A program made the translations under genes and the position numbers. A DNA stretch of 64,000 nt from Porticoccus sp. Its GTDB lineage: Bacteria; Pseudomonadota; Gammaproteobacteria; Pseudomonadales; Porticoccaceae. The stretch spans positions 10,382-74,381 of the forward strand of contig JAJFKD010000037.1 of the NCBI GenBank assembly GCA_021773405.1, in the 5' to 3' direction. Position 1 is the first letter of the stretch. Every line of letters starts with the position of its first letter. The notes beneath the pieces were generated by a model. That model saw nothing but the letters and a program-made list of their open reading frames with translations, was not told where the DNA came from and ran no database searches. Below are positions 1 through 9,905 of the stretch, in pieces.

Positions 1-375
1 GATAAAGGCGCCTTCCATTCCTACCTCTATACCCAAGCCACCAAATTCTCCTGAGGTGTGTTCTTGTAATGAGGTGAAGGCCTTTCTGTCGAGATAAACA
101 GAGTGTGGGTCTAAATTGTTTAGTAGACCAATAATAGACATTTCCAGCAGTTTTTCGTCATCGACCTCTTCTACATAAGCCTGACGTACCTGATCAAAAA
201 CTTGAGTAAAATTACGCAATTCCTCAAGGGGGAGACGGGCATTCTTTGGAAGTTGTTTGGCAGTTTCTTCGGTCGTTTTTTCTGGAACTTCTTCTGCCAG
301 ACTATAGCCTGTCGTAGTCAGGGTTACGAAAGCTGTGATGGCGACAATAAAAAGCTTTTTTGGCATTGAAGGCAT
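1..375 (-). CDS. ctpA: Carboxy-terminal processing peptidase (S41 family), first 125 codons; the gene runs off the left edge
   Basis: Not in the ORF track because it is truncated. Manual minus-strand translation from ATG 375-373 gives MPSMPKKLFIVAITAFVTLTTTGYSLAEE...LEELRNFTQVFDQVRQAYVEEVDDEKLLEMSIIGLLNNLDPHSVYLDRKAF...SGEFGGLGIEVGMEGAFI. This is a signal peptide plus a typical Ctp/Prc N-terminus. It lies downstream of envC, as in Pseudomonas. Confidence 0.75.
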   Translation of the reverse strand, partial: MPSMPKKLFIVAITAFVTLTTTGYSLAEEVPEKTTEETAKQLPKNARLPLEELRNFTQVFDQVRQAYVEEVDDEKLLEMSIIGLLNNLDPHSVYLDRKAFTSLQEHTSGEFGGLGIEVGMEGAFI

Positions 376-456
376 AATCGATTCCTGATGGTTATTGGTG
401 CCAGTGTACGTTTGACCGTGTCAGAGTGAAAGGTGCCATAAAAAGGTTATGGGTCG

Positions 457-1611
457 TCAGCCTTTCTTGGATAACCAGCGTTTGGGGTTGGTGGGTTTTC
501 CATTATGTCTGATCTCAAAATATAGAGCATGGTCATCCTGACCACCGGTGTTACCTACTTTGGCAATAGCTTCATCTGGAAGTACCCACTCACCAGTTTC
601 TTTTAACAGTACCTGATTGTGGGCATAGAGGCTCATATATCCATCACCGTGATCGATGATGATGAGTAAACCATGGCCTCGAAGATAGTCAGAAAAAATA
701 ATTCGACCATGGTGAATAGCTTTGACAGGTGTTCCTTCCTTTGCTTTTAGTAGCCAGCCATTCCAGCGAATATTGGCATTCCTCGTTGAACCGAAGTACT
801 TACTCAATCGTCCAGACACAGGCCAGGGTAGCTTTCCTTTCCGAACCTTAAATGGTTTGTCTGTAGCGGGTAGGGAGAGCTTGGCGATTCCTTGCTCCAG
901 AGATTTCAGGATGGATTCTAATTTGCCACGCTCAGTATTGAGTTTGTTTAGTTGCTGTCGAGAGCTGGTAATCTTTTGTTTGAGTTTAGCTAAGACACTT
1001 CGCCTTTGTTGCTGCTGTTGTTCTAACTGTTGCTGCTGGTGTTTAAGGCTTGTACGGTTTTTCGATAACAGGGCTTGCTTATCAATAATGGATGTTTTGA
1101 CTTGTTCCAGTGATTGCAGTGTTTGCCGATAGGCCGTTAATTTTTCTGAGCGAGCACGAAGAAAATAATCATAGTATTTTAGTGTGCGGCTAATGGTTTC
1201 AGGGTTTTCTTGATTGAGCAGCAGTTTGATAGATTCTTCATTGCCGAGGCGGTAGGCAGATGCCATTTGCTGGGAGATTAGTGCTTGCTGGCTAACTCGT
1301 GCTTGTTCAAGGCCTTCTTTTTTGCCCCCAAGCACTTTGAGTTCTTTGCCCAGATTCTTGAGCTTTTTTTCTAGGCCTAAAATTTGTAGATTAATGTTAG
1401 CCGATGCCAGCTCGCTTTTTTTAAGCTTACTGCTCAGAGAACCTTGTTTTTCTCCGCTGCCTTTTATCGTTTTTTCTAGCTGAATGATGTCCTGTTTAAT
1501 TTTCTTAAGTTTAGTTTCATCGCTCGTTTTATTAGCAAAAGCAGGCGATAAAAACAGGCAGGTCAGCAAGCAGATTAATTGCGTACATGTGAGGTGGCGA
1601 TATCTGACCAT
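457..1611 (-). CDS. envC: Murein hydrolase activator EnvC-like (coiled coil plus degenerate LytM/M23 domain)
   Basis: 384-aa ORF with a signal peptide (..LFLSPAFA), a long Q/K/L-rich coiled coil and a C-terminal LytM fold (LIIIDHGDGYMSLYAHNQ) without a complete HxH metal motif. It sits in gpmI-envC-ctpA synteny. Confidence 0.85.
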   Translation of the reverse strand: MVRYRHLTCTQLICLLTCLFLSPAFANKTSDETKLKKIKQDIIQLEKTIKGSGEKQGSLSSKLKKSELASANINLQILGLEKKLKNLGKELKVLGGKKEGLEQARVSQQALISQQMASAYRLGNEESIKLLLNQENPETISRTLKYYDYFLRARSEKLTAYRQTLQSLEQVKTSIIDKQALLSKNRTSLKHQQQQLEQQQQQRRSVLAKLKQKITSSRQQLNKLNTERGKLESILKSLEQGIAKLSLPATDKPFKVRKGKLPWPVSGRLSKYFGSTRNANIRWNGWLLKAKEGTPVKAIHHGRIIFSDYLRGHGLLIIIDHGDGYMSLYAHNQVLLKETGEWVLPDEAIAKVGNTGGQDDHALYFEIRHNGKPTNPKRWLSKKG

Positions 1612-1632
1612 GGCCTGCGGCTTACTGATTAA

Positions 1633-3183
1633 TTAGTTGTTAGTTTCGGCAAGAGATCGGCCCGTCATTTCATCTGGTAGCGGTAGATCGAGAAGTGACA
1701 ACATTGTCGGAGCCACATCTGCCAATGTGCCATCATCAGTAAGGCTCAAGTTTTTTTCTCCAGCATAGATAAGTGGCACGGGTAGTGTTGTATGTTGGGT
1801 ATGAACCTGTCCCGATTCTTCATCAAACATTTGTTCCACATTGCCGTGATCTGCTGTGATCAAACAGTCGCCACCAACATCTTGAATCGCAGCAAGTACT
1901 TTTTCCACACACTCATCGACTACTTCTACGGCTTTCACTGCCGCATCAAATACACCGCTGTGGCCGACTTGGTCGCAGTTAGCATAGTTACAAATGATGG
2001 CATCGTAGTTTTGGCTTTTAATTGCATCGATTAATTTATCTGTAAGCTCGTAAGCACTCATTTCTGGTTTAAGGTCATAGGTGGCGACTTTGGGTGAGGG
2101 GACTAATATCCGATCTTCTCCTTTAAAGAGTGCTTCCTGTCCACCACTGAAGAAGAAGGTGACGTGGGCATATTTTTCTGTTTCTGCAATGCGTAATTGG
2201 GTTTTACCCAGGTTGCTGAGGTATTCACCTAAAGAGTTGTTAAGGTTTTCCGGTGGGAAAGCGCAGCTGGTATCAATATCGGCAGAGTATTCAGTGGTCA
2301 TTACAAAATCACCGAGCTTTGGCGTGACTGAACGTTCAAATCCATCGAAACTGCTGTCAACAAAAGCTCGAGTGATTTGTCTGGCTCGATCTGGACGGAA
2401 GTTCATGAATAATACTGCATCACCATCATCAATCACTGCGGGGCTTTCATTCTCTCTGCAAATAATTGTGGGTAAAATAAATTCATCGTTTTCTTCGCGA
2501 TCGTAGCCCGCGTGTAATCCCGATACTGCATCTGTAGCTTGGTGATCGGTTTTGCCCAGCGTTAGCATGTCATAGGCTGCTTGAACCCTGTCCCATCGTT
2601 GGTCCCTGTCCATGGCATAAAAGCGGCCGCAAATAGTAGCAATTCGCCCCGTCCCTAATTTGGAAAAAAGAGCTTCGGTTGATTTTAACGAGGCTTCAGC
2701 ACTTCGGGGCGGTGTGTCTCTGCCATCTAAAAAAGCATGTACATAGATTTGCTTTGCGCCGCGCTGGTTAGCCAGTTTTACCATGGCGTTGATGTGATCT
2801 TCATGACTGTGGACTCCACCCGGAGAGAGCAGGCCAAGGATATGTACCGCATTGCCCTGAGAAACTGCTTTATCAATTGCGCTGGTGTAAGCCGTGTTGG
2901 TAAAAAAATCACCATCTGTAATGGCTTTGTTGATACGAGTGAAATTTTGGTAAACGACTCGACCTGCGCCCAGTGTAATGTGCCCAACTTCACTATTACC
3001 CATTTGCCCTTCTGGCAGCCCTACAGCTAAACCAGAGGTTCCAATAAAGGTTCGAGGATTGGCATCCCAAAGTCTATCTAATACAGGCGTTTTCGCCGTT
3101 TTTATGGCATTGTATTTTGGGTTATCGCTATATCCGAAACCATCCAGAATTAGGAGTAATAGTGGTTTTTTAGCTTCACTCAT
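1633..3183 (-). CDS. gpmI: 2,3-bisphosphoglycerate-independent phosphoglycerate mutase
   Basis: The ORF spans 1633..3243. The homologous N-terminus begins at the internal [18 protein letters not shown] (ATG at 3183). Motifs GNSEVGH and ADHGN are present; about 516 aa. Confidence 0.93.
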   Translation of the reverse strand: MSEAKKPLLLLILDGFGYSDNPKYNAIKTAKTPVLDRLWDANPRTFIGTSGLAVGLPEGQMGNSEVGHITLGAGRVVYQNFTRINKAITDGDFFTNTAYTSAIDKAVSQGNAVHILGLLSPGGVHSHEDHINAMVKLANQRGAKQIYVHAFLDGRDTPPRSAEASLKSTEALFSKLGTGRIATICGRFYAMDRDQRWDRVQAAYDMLTLGKTDHQATDAVSGLHAGYDREENDEFILPTIICRENESPAVIDDGDAVLFMNFRPDRARQITRAFVDSSFDGFERSVTPKLGDFVMTTEYSADIDTSCAFPPENLNNSLGEYLSNLGKTQLRIAETEKYAHVTFFFSGGQEALFKGEDRILVPSPKVATYDLKPEMSAYELTDKLIDAIKSQNYDAIICNYANCDQVGHSGVFDAAVKAVEVVDECVEKVLAAIQDVGGDCLITADHGNVEQMFDEESGQVHTQHTTLPVPLIYAGEKNLSLTDDGTLADVAPTMLSLLDLPLPDEMTGRSLAETNN

Positions 3184-3400
3184 TGTTTTGACCGGGTCCA
3201 CTTCATGAGTTGAGGGAGAATAAAGCGCGAATCTTACCGGCAAAGCGTATTCAGTGCCATTGATGGTTTCCTATCCCAGAGCGTGGTGTGTATACTTTGG
3301 CCGCTTTTTACGACAGCTTCTCTTTATATAAAGCAGTTATGTAAATAATGTAAAGTGATTATAAAAAGAGAGTTAAAACAGTGCATGGCAACATGCCAAA

Positions 3401-3829
3401 GTGGGGCTAAAGATCGTGGAATTTTTTGTATTTATTAGTGAGCAGTGGATACTTGTTAGTGTGCTTATGGTGCTGGTGTATCTATTTGCTATCAATGAGC
3501 GGATTAAAAGTGGCAAGCCGATATCGCCCCATGTTGTTACCCGAATGATAAACACCGATGAAGCGGTGTTAGTCGATATTCGAGAAGCAAAGGAATATAA
3601 GGCGGGTCACATCTCTGGTGCTATTAATATTCCTGTAGCAAAAATAATGGATCGTATTACTGAGTTAGAGCCCCATCGTGACAAAGCGATTATCGTGGCG
3701 GATAAAGTAGGTCAGCAGTCTGGTGCTATTGGTCGCAAGCTTCAGCAAAAAGAGTTTAGTGTTCTAAGGCTCACGGGCGGAATGATGGAGTGGCATAATC
3801 AAAAATTGCCCGTCGTGAAAGGCAAATAG
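3401..3829 (+). CDS. yibN: Membrane-anchored rhodanese-domain protein, YibN-like, with no cysteine in the sequence
   Basis: N-terminal TM helix followed by a rhodanese fold (VLVDIREAKEYKAGHISGAINIP). It lies between gpmI and secB, as E. coli yibN does. The start is GTG 3401 or GTG 3416. Confidence 0.75.
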   Translation: MGLKIVEFFVFISEQWILVSVLMVLVYLFAINERIKSGKPISPHVVTRMINTDEAVLVDIREAKEYKAGHISGAINIPVAKIMDRITELEPHRDKAIIVADKVGQQSGAIGRKLQQKEFSVLRLTGGMMEWHNQKLPVVKGK

Positions 3830-3889
3830 CTGAAAAAGTCGAACAGTTAAAAAGTAAGTTGTTAATACTAAATAATTAAAGGTAAGGGT

Positions 3890-4393
3890 ATGACGGAAGA
3901 GAACAACCAAGCAGCAGATTCTGGAAAAGGCGAGCAAGCAGCGCCAAAATTTGCAGTACAGCGCATTTATTTAAAGGATATATCCTTTGAAACACCAATG
4001 GGTCCCGCTGTTTTTCAAAAACAGGTCAAGCCTGAAATTAACCAGGACATCTCACTGTCGACTACAAAGCTGGGTACAGACAATTATGAAGTTGAGCTAA
4101 CCCTAACCGTGACTGTTAAAGATGGCGAAGATACGATTTACCTGATTGAAGTTCATCAGGGCGGTATTTTTGCTATTCAAGGTGTTGAAGGCCCTCAGCT
4201 GGCTCAATTACTCAATACTATTTGTCCTTCAACACTGTTCCCCTACGTGAGAGAAGCTATTGATAGTGTTGTTATTAAAGGGAGTTTTCCTGCACTTATG
4301 ATACCTCCCGTCAATTTTGAAGCATTATTTGCAAAAGCCGTTGAGGAAGGAAAGCTTCAAGGGAAGGGCGAGCCTGAATCCGTGACCCATTAA
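3890..4393 (+). CDS. secB: Protein-export chaperone SecB
   Basis: 167 aa. Contains FAVQRIYLKDISFETP and LFPYVREAI, typical of SecB, with an acidic C-terminal tail. Confidence 0.93.
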   Translation: MTEENNQAADSGKGEQAAPKFAVQRIYLKDISFETPMGPAVFQKQVKPEINQDISLSTTKLGTDNYEVELTLTVTVKDGEDTIYLIEVHQGGIFAIQGVEGPQLAQLLNTICPSTLFPYVREAIDSVVIKGSFPALMIPPVNFEALFAKAVEEGKLQGKGEPESVTH

Positions 4394-4451
4394 GCTAGTC
4401 TTTCTTTTATTTAAAAATACACACCTATATCAGGTGCAGTCTGTAAGATAG

Positions 4452-4479
4452 GCAGAGCCTTTAAATTAGAGGGCTCTGC
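4452..4479. terminator. Hairpin between convergent secB and ntrC (GCAGAGCC..GGCTCTGC), with no clear U-tract
   Basis: An 8-bp perfect inverted repeat with a 12-nt loop, read from the sequence. Its position between two convergent stop codons fits a terminator. Confidence 0.35.
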
Positions 4480-4510
4480 TACGGTGATGCGGCTTTAAAT
4501 GGAGGTAGAA

Positions 4511-5938
4511 TTACTCCTCGTCTCCCATCCCAAGTTCCTTCAATTTTCTTGTCAGAGTATTTCTACCCCAGCCAAGTAATTCTGCCGCATCTTTTTTTCG
4601 CCCATTGGTGTGAGACAGGGCTGTTTCTATTAAAGCCCGTTCGAAGGTGGGAACTGCCGTAGTAAGAATATCGTTTTTTCCATTGGCTAATTCGTTGTCT
4701 GCCCAGCTTCTTAATTGTTGTTCCCAGGAATTAGAAATAATAGTTTTTTCTATTGAGTGCTCAGTTAGTTCTGGAGGTAAGTCATCCAGATGGACTTCGC
4801 GACCTGATGCCATCACAGTGAGCCATCGGCAGGCATTTTCAAGCTGACGAACATTACCTTCCCAGGGCAGCATAGTGAGATGCTTCTCTGCTTCTGGTGA
4901 AAGAATTTTTGATTCGGTTTCCAGTTCTTTTGCAGCGCGCTGTAAAAAATATTGCATTAACCGCGGGATATCCTCACGACGGTCAGCCAGAGTTGGTAGA
5001 TGAATACGAATAACATTTAAGCGATGGAATAAATCCTCTCTAAATCGATTTTCTGCCACAAGTTGTTCGAGATCTTGGTGAGTGGCAGCGATAATTCGAA
5101 CATCAACTTTTGATGGTGTGTGTCCGCCTACTAAATAGAACTCGCCATTGGCTAGTACTCGCAGTAATCGAGTTTGTGCTTCTGGAGGCATATCACCTAT
5201 TTCATCTAGAAACAGGGTGCCGCCATCTGCCTGTTGAAAGCGGCCTTCACGGCGTTGAGTTGCTCCGGTAAATGCGCCTTTTTCGTGGCCAAAGAGTTCG
5301 GATTCTATTAAGTCATGTGGAATGGCTGCCATGTTGAGAGCAATAAAGCGGTTGTTCTTTCTAGGGCTGTGATCATGTAACGCTTTTGCTACAAGCTCTT
5401 TACCGGTCCCAGACTCGCCGTTAATCAGTACAGTGATGTTTGAATGAGACAGTCGTCCTATGGCGCGGAACACCTCCTGCATGGCAGGAGCTTCACCAAT
5501 AATCTCTCCACTAATTTCAACCTCATTACTGCCTTCTTCGTTTAAGTCTTCCTCAGCTGCTTTTTGCTCATAGGCAAAATTGATGGCCCGTTGGGTAACG
5601 GCAATAAGCTCATCAAGATCAAAAGGCTTTGGCAGATATTCGAATGCCCCTCCTTGATAGGCGGCAACTGCACTGTCTAAGTCGGAATGGGCAGTGGTAA
5701 TGATGACGGGCAGTAAGGGGTTCGATGCGTGAATTTTTTGTAGCAGTTGCAGGCCGTCAATACCGGGCATGCGGATGTCGCTGATAATAGTATCTGGTAG
5801 TGTTTTGTTCAATTGCACCAAGAGATCATTAGCTGATTCGAAGCTGGCCACGTTAAGGTCTGCCCTGGCAAGAGCTTTTTCCATGACCCAACGAATTGAG
5901 CGGTCATCATCAACAATCCAAACAGTGCGCTTATTCAT
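4511..5938 (-). CDS. ntrC: Nitrogen regulation response regulator NtrC (sigma-54-dependent activator)
   Basis: Receiver domain (DIRMPGIDG), AAA+ domain (GESGTGKE, GAFTGA) and C-terminal HTH; 475 aa. Lies downstream of ntrB. Confidence 0.93.
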   Translation of the reverse strand: MNKRTVWIVDDDRSIRWVMEKALARADLNVASFESANDLLVQLNKTLPDTIISDIRMPGIDGLQLLQKIHASNPLLPVIITTAHSDLDSAVAAYQGGAFEYLPKPFDLDELIAVTQRAINFAYEQKAAEEDLNEEGSNEVEISGEIIGEAPAMQEVFRAIGRLSHSNITVLINGESGTGKELVAKALHDHSPRKNNRFIALNMAAIPHDLIESELFGHEKGAFTGATQRREGRFQQADGGTLFLDEIGDMPPEAQTRLLRVLANGEFYLVGGHTPSKVDVRIIAATHQDLEQLVAENRFREDLFHRLNVIRIHLPTLADRREDIPRLMQYFLQRAAKELETESKILSPEAEKHLTMLPWEGNVRQLENACRWLTVMASGREVHLDDLPPELTEHSIEKTIISNSWEQQLRSWADNELANGKNDILTTAVPTFERALIETALSHTNGRKKDAAELLGWGRNTLTRKLKELGMGDEE

Positions 5939-5942
5939 TTAC

Positions 5943-7079
5943 TTATCCAGGGGTTTTATTTGTTAGTGGCTTATTCATATGCTCTGTTTGCTCAAGTGGT
6001 AAGTACATGGAAAACCGTGTTTCTCCATCCTTGTTTTTACACTCGATTAAGCCGTGGTGCAGATGAACTGCAGATTGTGCAATAGGAAGCCCCAGGCCGC
6101 TGCCATCGACGCGACCACTGATCATTGGAAAGAAAACTCGATCAATAATTTCTTCAGGAATACCGGGACCGTTATCGACTATGTCAATGCAGCAAACTAC
6201 TCGGTGGTGAGTTTTACCAATAGTAAAATTTCTTTTGATTCTGGTTTTAAGCCAAATAGTTGGAGTGGCTTGTTTTTGATGTGCTTCACCCTCAACCTTA
6301 TCCTTAATCAGTAGAGCCTGAATCGCATTGCGAACAATATTTAGAATCGCCTGTATCAGTTGTCCACGATCACCATAAAATTCAGGAATGCTTGGATCAT
6401 AGTTACGTTCAATAACAATGCTTCCACGGGTTTCACTCTCAGCCAGTGCGGCAACATGCTCAAGAACTTCGTGTATGTTGACCAGGGCAAATTTGGGCAT
6501 TGTGTTTGGGCCGAGCAGTCGATCCACCAGTTTACAAAGGCGGTCGGTCTCTGCAGAAATAATATCGGTGAACTCGCGTAACTCCGGTTGGTTGTTTAAG
6601 TCTTCCGAAAGCAACTGTGCTGCACCTCTTATGCCTCCCAGTGGATTTTTGATCTCATGGGCTAACCCTCTGACGAGATTGCGAGTGGTATCGTGTGTGG
6701 AGATCAGAGCTTCTTCTCGATTAATACGCATGAGGCGATCCATCGGTTGCATCTCGACAAGTAGTAGCTTAGCTGCTCCTGATTGTAGAGGCGTTGCCGT
6801 TAAATCTACCGTGATAGGATCATGGTCCAGTAATGTTAGAGGTGCCTGCCGTTGGGTAAATGTATGGTTGGTGTTCAATGCTTCCTGCAAGGAGCTAACG
6901 CAGCCATCAGCATTATCAAATAATTGAGAGACCTGCATGCCCTGCAGTCTTATAGCGCTAATGGCTAACAGGTTTTCAGCAGCTGGATTCAGGTAACAAA
7001 TTTTCAGCTGGCCATTTAATAAAATGACAGCAGTACTAAGACTGTCCAGCAATAAGTTATGTAGCTGATCTTCTGTCAT
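5943..7079 (-). CDS. ntrB: Nitrogen regulation sensor histidine kinase NtrB
   Basis: PAS domain, H-box HEIKNPLGGIRGAAQLL and an HATPase domain (DNGPGI, GSGLGL). Forms an operon with ntrC. Confidence 0.9.
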   Translation of the reverse strand: MTEDQLHNLLLDSLSTAVILLNGQLKICYLNPAAENLLAISAIRLQGMQVSQLFDNADGCVSSLQEALNTNHTFTQRQAPLTLLDHDPITVDLTATPLQSGAAKLLLVEMQPMDRLMRINREEALISTHDTTRNLVRGLAHEIKNPLGGIRGAAQLLSEDLNNQPELREFTDIISAETDRLCKLVDRLLGPNTMPKFALVNIHEVLEHVAALAESETRGSIVIERNYDPSIPEFYGDRGQLIQAILNIVRNAIQALLIKDKVEGEAHQKQATPTIWLKTRIKRNFTIGKTHHRVVCCIDIVDNGPGIPEEIIDRVFFPMISGRVDGSGLGLPIAQSAVHLHHGLIECKNKDGETRFSMYLPLEQTEHMNKPLTNKTPG

Positions 7080-7254
7080 TGTTTAGCTGGCCGAGTATAG
7101 ACCGTGCCCTGTTGTGGTTCAGCGTAGTAAATTGAGCGCCCTATTTAGGCGATAGTATTTAGAACAAAGCAATTAGTGGGCCAGTTTTGTATAGGCGCGA
7201 AAGCCCTACTAAATGGGAGGGCTTTTATAGAGTGTAGAATAAAATCAATATTAT

Positions 7255-7271
7255 TGCACCATGATGGTGCG
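7255..7271. promoter_or_regulatory. Near-perfect NtrC-binding palindrome upstream of ntrB
   Basis: TGCACCATGATGGTGCG compared with the consensus TGCACCA-N3-TGGTGCA (16 of 17 positions counting the spacer-independent ones). It sits between the DUF4124 stop codon and the ntrB start. Confidence 0.6.
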
Positions 7272-7282
7272 CAGGCATAATT

Positions 7283-7828
7283 CTAGTTGCTGTTATGCTT
7301 GATAGAGTGGCGTTTTACGTAAACGGTTGTTATTCCTGATCTGGCAATAACATTTCCTTCACTGTCTATGATTTGAGCTTGAATTTTGTGCTCTCCTCTA
7401 ATCAGTGAGCTTATATTGTACGAAGTAGAACTACTTGCTGGAACATAGGGTTGTCCATTGAACATGAGCTGAATCGCATCGCCATCCTTTAGTTGGGGGG
7501 TAAGGGATACCTGAACGGGAATACTTTCCTGGCCAGGAGGTATCGTTGTTCCTTGAGCAGGAGCTGAAATATTTATGCTTTGATACCCGGCGTGTTCTTC
7601 CTTAGCCTCTTGTTTTTTAACAGTTTTACCGGTTTGTAATCCGGGTTGAGTATTTATTGTAGGTAAGTCTACGGATTCAACTGTAGGGTCGCCAGCGGGA
7701 GGATTATCCGTATATTGGACAGTGCCATTTTCGTCTACCACCCGATAAACTTCGGCTAGGGCATAGTAGGCCAAGCTTAGGCAAGCCAAGGTAATAACAA
7801 GTTTAGTTCCTTTCTGTAACACGACCAT
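7283..7828 (-). CDS. DUF4124-type secreted protein (hypothetical)
   Basis: Signal peptide followed by VYRVVDENGTVQYTDNPP (the DUF4124 signature), a P/T/Q linker and a C-terminal beta-rich domain. It occupies the usual glnA-ntrB spacer position. Confidence 0.65.
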   Translation of the reverse strand: MVVLQKGTKLVITLACLSLAYYALAEVYRVVDENGTVQYTDNPPAGDPTVESVDLPTINTQPGLQTGKTVKKQEAKEEHAGYQSINISAPAQGTTIPPGQESIPVQVSLTPQLKDGDAIQLMFNGQPYVPASSSTSYNISSLIRGEHKIQAQIIDSEGNVIARSGITTVYVKRHSIKHNSN

Positions 7829-8037
7829 AACCTCTTGATTTAGGGTTTGCTGTCTTAAGACTAGCTCTAATTAGACCAAAGAAAAAGATCATTATTCCAT
7901 TAAAATTACAATTAAAGGTATTAGTAAATACACTGCCAATGATTGCTGCATTGGAATAGGGCAGCTGTTCGGGCAGGAGTAAAGGTTGGGGTAGGTAAGA
8001 GTATAGATATTGGCGATAAAAGGTAAAAAATAGCGCG

Positions 8038-8070
8038 AAAAAAAACCGAGGGAAATTCCCTCGGTTTTTT
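8038..8070 (-). terminator. Intrinsic terminator after glnA (bidirectional in shape)
   Basis: A-run, then CCGAGGG-aaatt-CCCTCGG, then a T-run. On the minus strand the stem is followed by about 8 U. Confidence 0.8.
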
Positions 8071-8102
8071 GTTCGAAAGTAGCTCTATATAAAGACTAGT
8101 AT

Positions 8103-9506
8103 TTATACAGAGTAATACATATCAAACTCAACCGGGTGAGTGGTGTGCTCAACGCGGTATACATCTTCCATTTTTAGCTCAATGTATGCATCAATAGTAT
8201 CATCAGTGAATACACCACCAGCCGTCAGGAATTCACGGTCACCATCCAGAGCATCCAGGGCTTCACGCAGGCTTCCGGCGACTTGTGGGATAGCAGCGGC
8301 TTCTTCAGCAGGCAAGTCATACAAATCTTTGTCTGCTGCATCACCAGGGTGAATCTTATTTTTAACACCGTCGATACCAGCCATCAGCATTGCTGCAAAC
8401 ATCAGGTATGGGTTGGCAGTTGGATCACCAAAGCGCAGCTCTACACGCTTGCCTTTTGGTGAAGCAACATAAGGTATGCGTAAAGAAGCAGAGCGGTTGC
8501 GAGCTGAATAAGCCAGCATAACGGGTGCTTCAAAGCCTGGGATCAGACGCTTGTAGGAGTTCGTAGAAGCATTAGCAAAGGCGTTCAATGCTTTTGCATG
8601 TTTGATGATGCCGCCAATATAGTAAAGAGCTGTATCGCTCAATCCAGCGTAGCCGTCACCAGCAAATTGGTTTTCGCCATCTTTCCAGAAAGATTGGTGG
8701 CAGTGCATGCCAGAACCGTTATCACCAACGATAGGCTTAGGCATGAACGTAGCAGTTTTACCGTAAGCGTGTGCAACGTTATGTACACAGTACTTAAGAA
8801 TTTGAACTTCATCTGCTTTCGTTACCAGGGTGTTGAACTTAACGCCAATTTCACACTGACCAGCAGTACCTACTTCGTGGTGGTGTACTTCAACATCAAG
8901 GCCCATTTGCTCCATTGCTGCACACATGGCAGCACGAAGATCGTGCAGGCTATCAACAGGGGGTACAGGGAAGTAACCACCTTTAACACCAGGGCGGTGA
9001 CCCATGTTGCCGTCAGAGTAGTCGTGGCCAGTCGCCCAGGCTGCTTCTTCAGAGTTGATTTTGTAGAAAGCGCCACTCATGTCTGCGCCCCACTTAATGT
9101 CATCAAAAACAAAGAATTCTGGCTCTGGACCAAAGTACGCAGTGTCACCCAAGCCTGTAGCTTTCAGGTACTCTTCTGCACGTTTTGCAACAGAGCGAGG
9201 GTCGCGCTCATAGCCTTGCATGGTTGCAGGCTCAATAATGTCACAACGAATAATAACCGTAGGCTCATCAGTGAATGGGTCAAGGATGGCCGTGCTGTCA
9301 TCAGGCATCAAAATCATGTCGGACTCATTGATGCCTTTCCAGCCTTGGATAGAAGAACCATCAAACATTTGACCGTCTTCAAAAAAATCTTCAGTCGCCT
9401 CACTGCTGGGAATAGAAACGTGTTGTTCCTTACCTTTGGTATCAGTAAAACGTAGATCGACCCAGCGGGCTTCGCTTTCTTTGATCAGTGTAAGGGTCTT
9501 AGACAT
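8103..9506 (-). CDS. glnA: Glutamine synthetase type I
   Basis: The ORF spans 8103..9518. I prefer ATG 9506 ([10 protein letters not shown]..), which is preceded by GGAGGAACCA. An adenylylation-site-like KDLYDLP is present; about 467 aa. Confidence 0.95.
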   Translation of the reverse strand: MSKTLTLIKESEARWVDLRFTDTKGKEQHVSIPSSEATEDFFEDGQMFDGSSIQGWKGINESDMILMPDDSTAILDPFTDEPTVIIRCDIIEPATMQGYERDPRSVAKRAEEYLKATGLGDTAYFGPEPEFFVFDDIKWGADMSGAFYKINSEEAAWATGHDYSDGNMGHRPGVKGGYFPVPPVDSLHDLRAAMCAAMEQMGLDVEVHHHEVGTAGQCEIGVKFNTLVTKADEVQILKYCVHNVAHAYGKTATFMPKPIVGDNGSGMHCHQSFWKDGENQFAGDGYAGLSDTALYYIGGIIKHAKALNAFANASTNSYKRLIPGFEAPVMLAYSARNRSASLRIPYVASPKGKRVELRFGDPTANPYLMFAAMLMAGIDGVKNKIHPGDAADKDLYDLPAEEAAAIPQVAGSLREALDALDGDREFLTAGGVFTDDTIDAYIELKMEDVYRVEHTTHPVEFDMYYSV

Positions 9507-9673
9507 TGGTTCCTCCAAGTATGGAAACTTTTATTAAACAAAGGTTAAACAGACCGGCCGACATATTTGCGGCGAGGCAAAAATACCCCATGGTATCTTT
9601 TTGTTATCTTGTGGCAAGCACGATGATGGTGGCTGCCTTCTTATATGCAAAAAAGCGTAACGTGAGTTTTTAA

Positions 9674-9689
9674 AGCAAAAGCTATGCCA
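9674..9689 (-). promoter_or_regulatory. Sigma-54 (-24/-12) promoter of glnA
   Basis: The minus strand reads TGGCAT-AGCTT-TTGCT, against the consensus TGGCAC-N5-TTGC(A/T). It lies about 170 nt upstream of the glnA ATG. Confidence 0.65.
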
Positions 9690-9750
9690 AGGCTCTGGTT
9701 GAGTAAATTCAACAGCTTATAGCGACACATTTAGGTCTGGATAGCAATTT

Positions 9751-9788
9751 TGCACCAAAATAGAGCAATCTTGCACCATTATGGAGCA
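9751..9788. promoter_or_regulatory. Tandem NtrC enhancer sites upstream of the glnA sigma-54 promoter
   Basis: TGCACCAAAATAGAGCA (9751-9767) and TGCACCATTATGGAGCA (9772-9788), compared with TGCACCA-N3-TGGTGCA. Their centres are 21 bp apart, about 85-120 bp upstream of the -24/-12 element. Confidence 0.65.
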
Positions 9789-9905
9789 AAACAACTTTGC
9801 GTACGAATGGCCTTGTTTTTGCGCGGCCTATAATACGCCGAAAGTGTTGTGATTTGTAATATAATCCGCGCTTTTTCACTTTCCCACTAAATTACGAGCC
9901 TGTTC

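Noticed and set aside
960-1060. A CAG/CAA/CTG-rich repetitive stretch (QQQQLEQQQQQRR).
   Set aside because: It is the coiled-coil region of EnvC, which is coding low complexity and not a repeat element.
8598-9455. A 285-codon ORF on the plus strand, antisense to glnA. This is strikingly long for a genome with about 45% GC.
   Set aside because: It is exactly codon-aligned with glnA (8598-8103 is a multiple of 3). In that register, antisense stops arise only from sense TTA/CTA/TCA codons, which a highly expressed gene avoids. The translated product has typical shadow-ORF composition (V/R/F/T/N/C/H-rich), no recognisable domain and no RBS.
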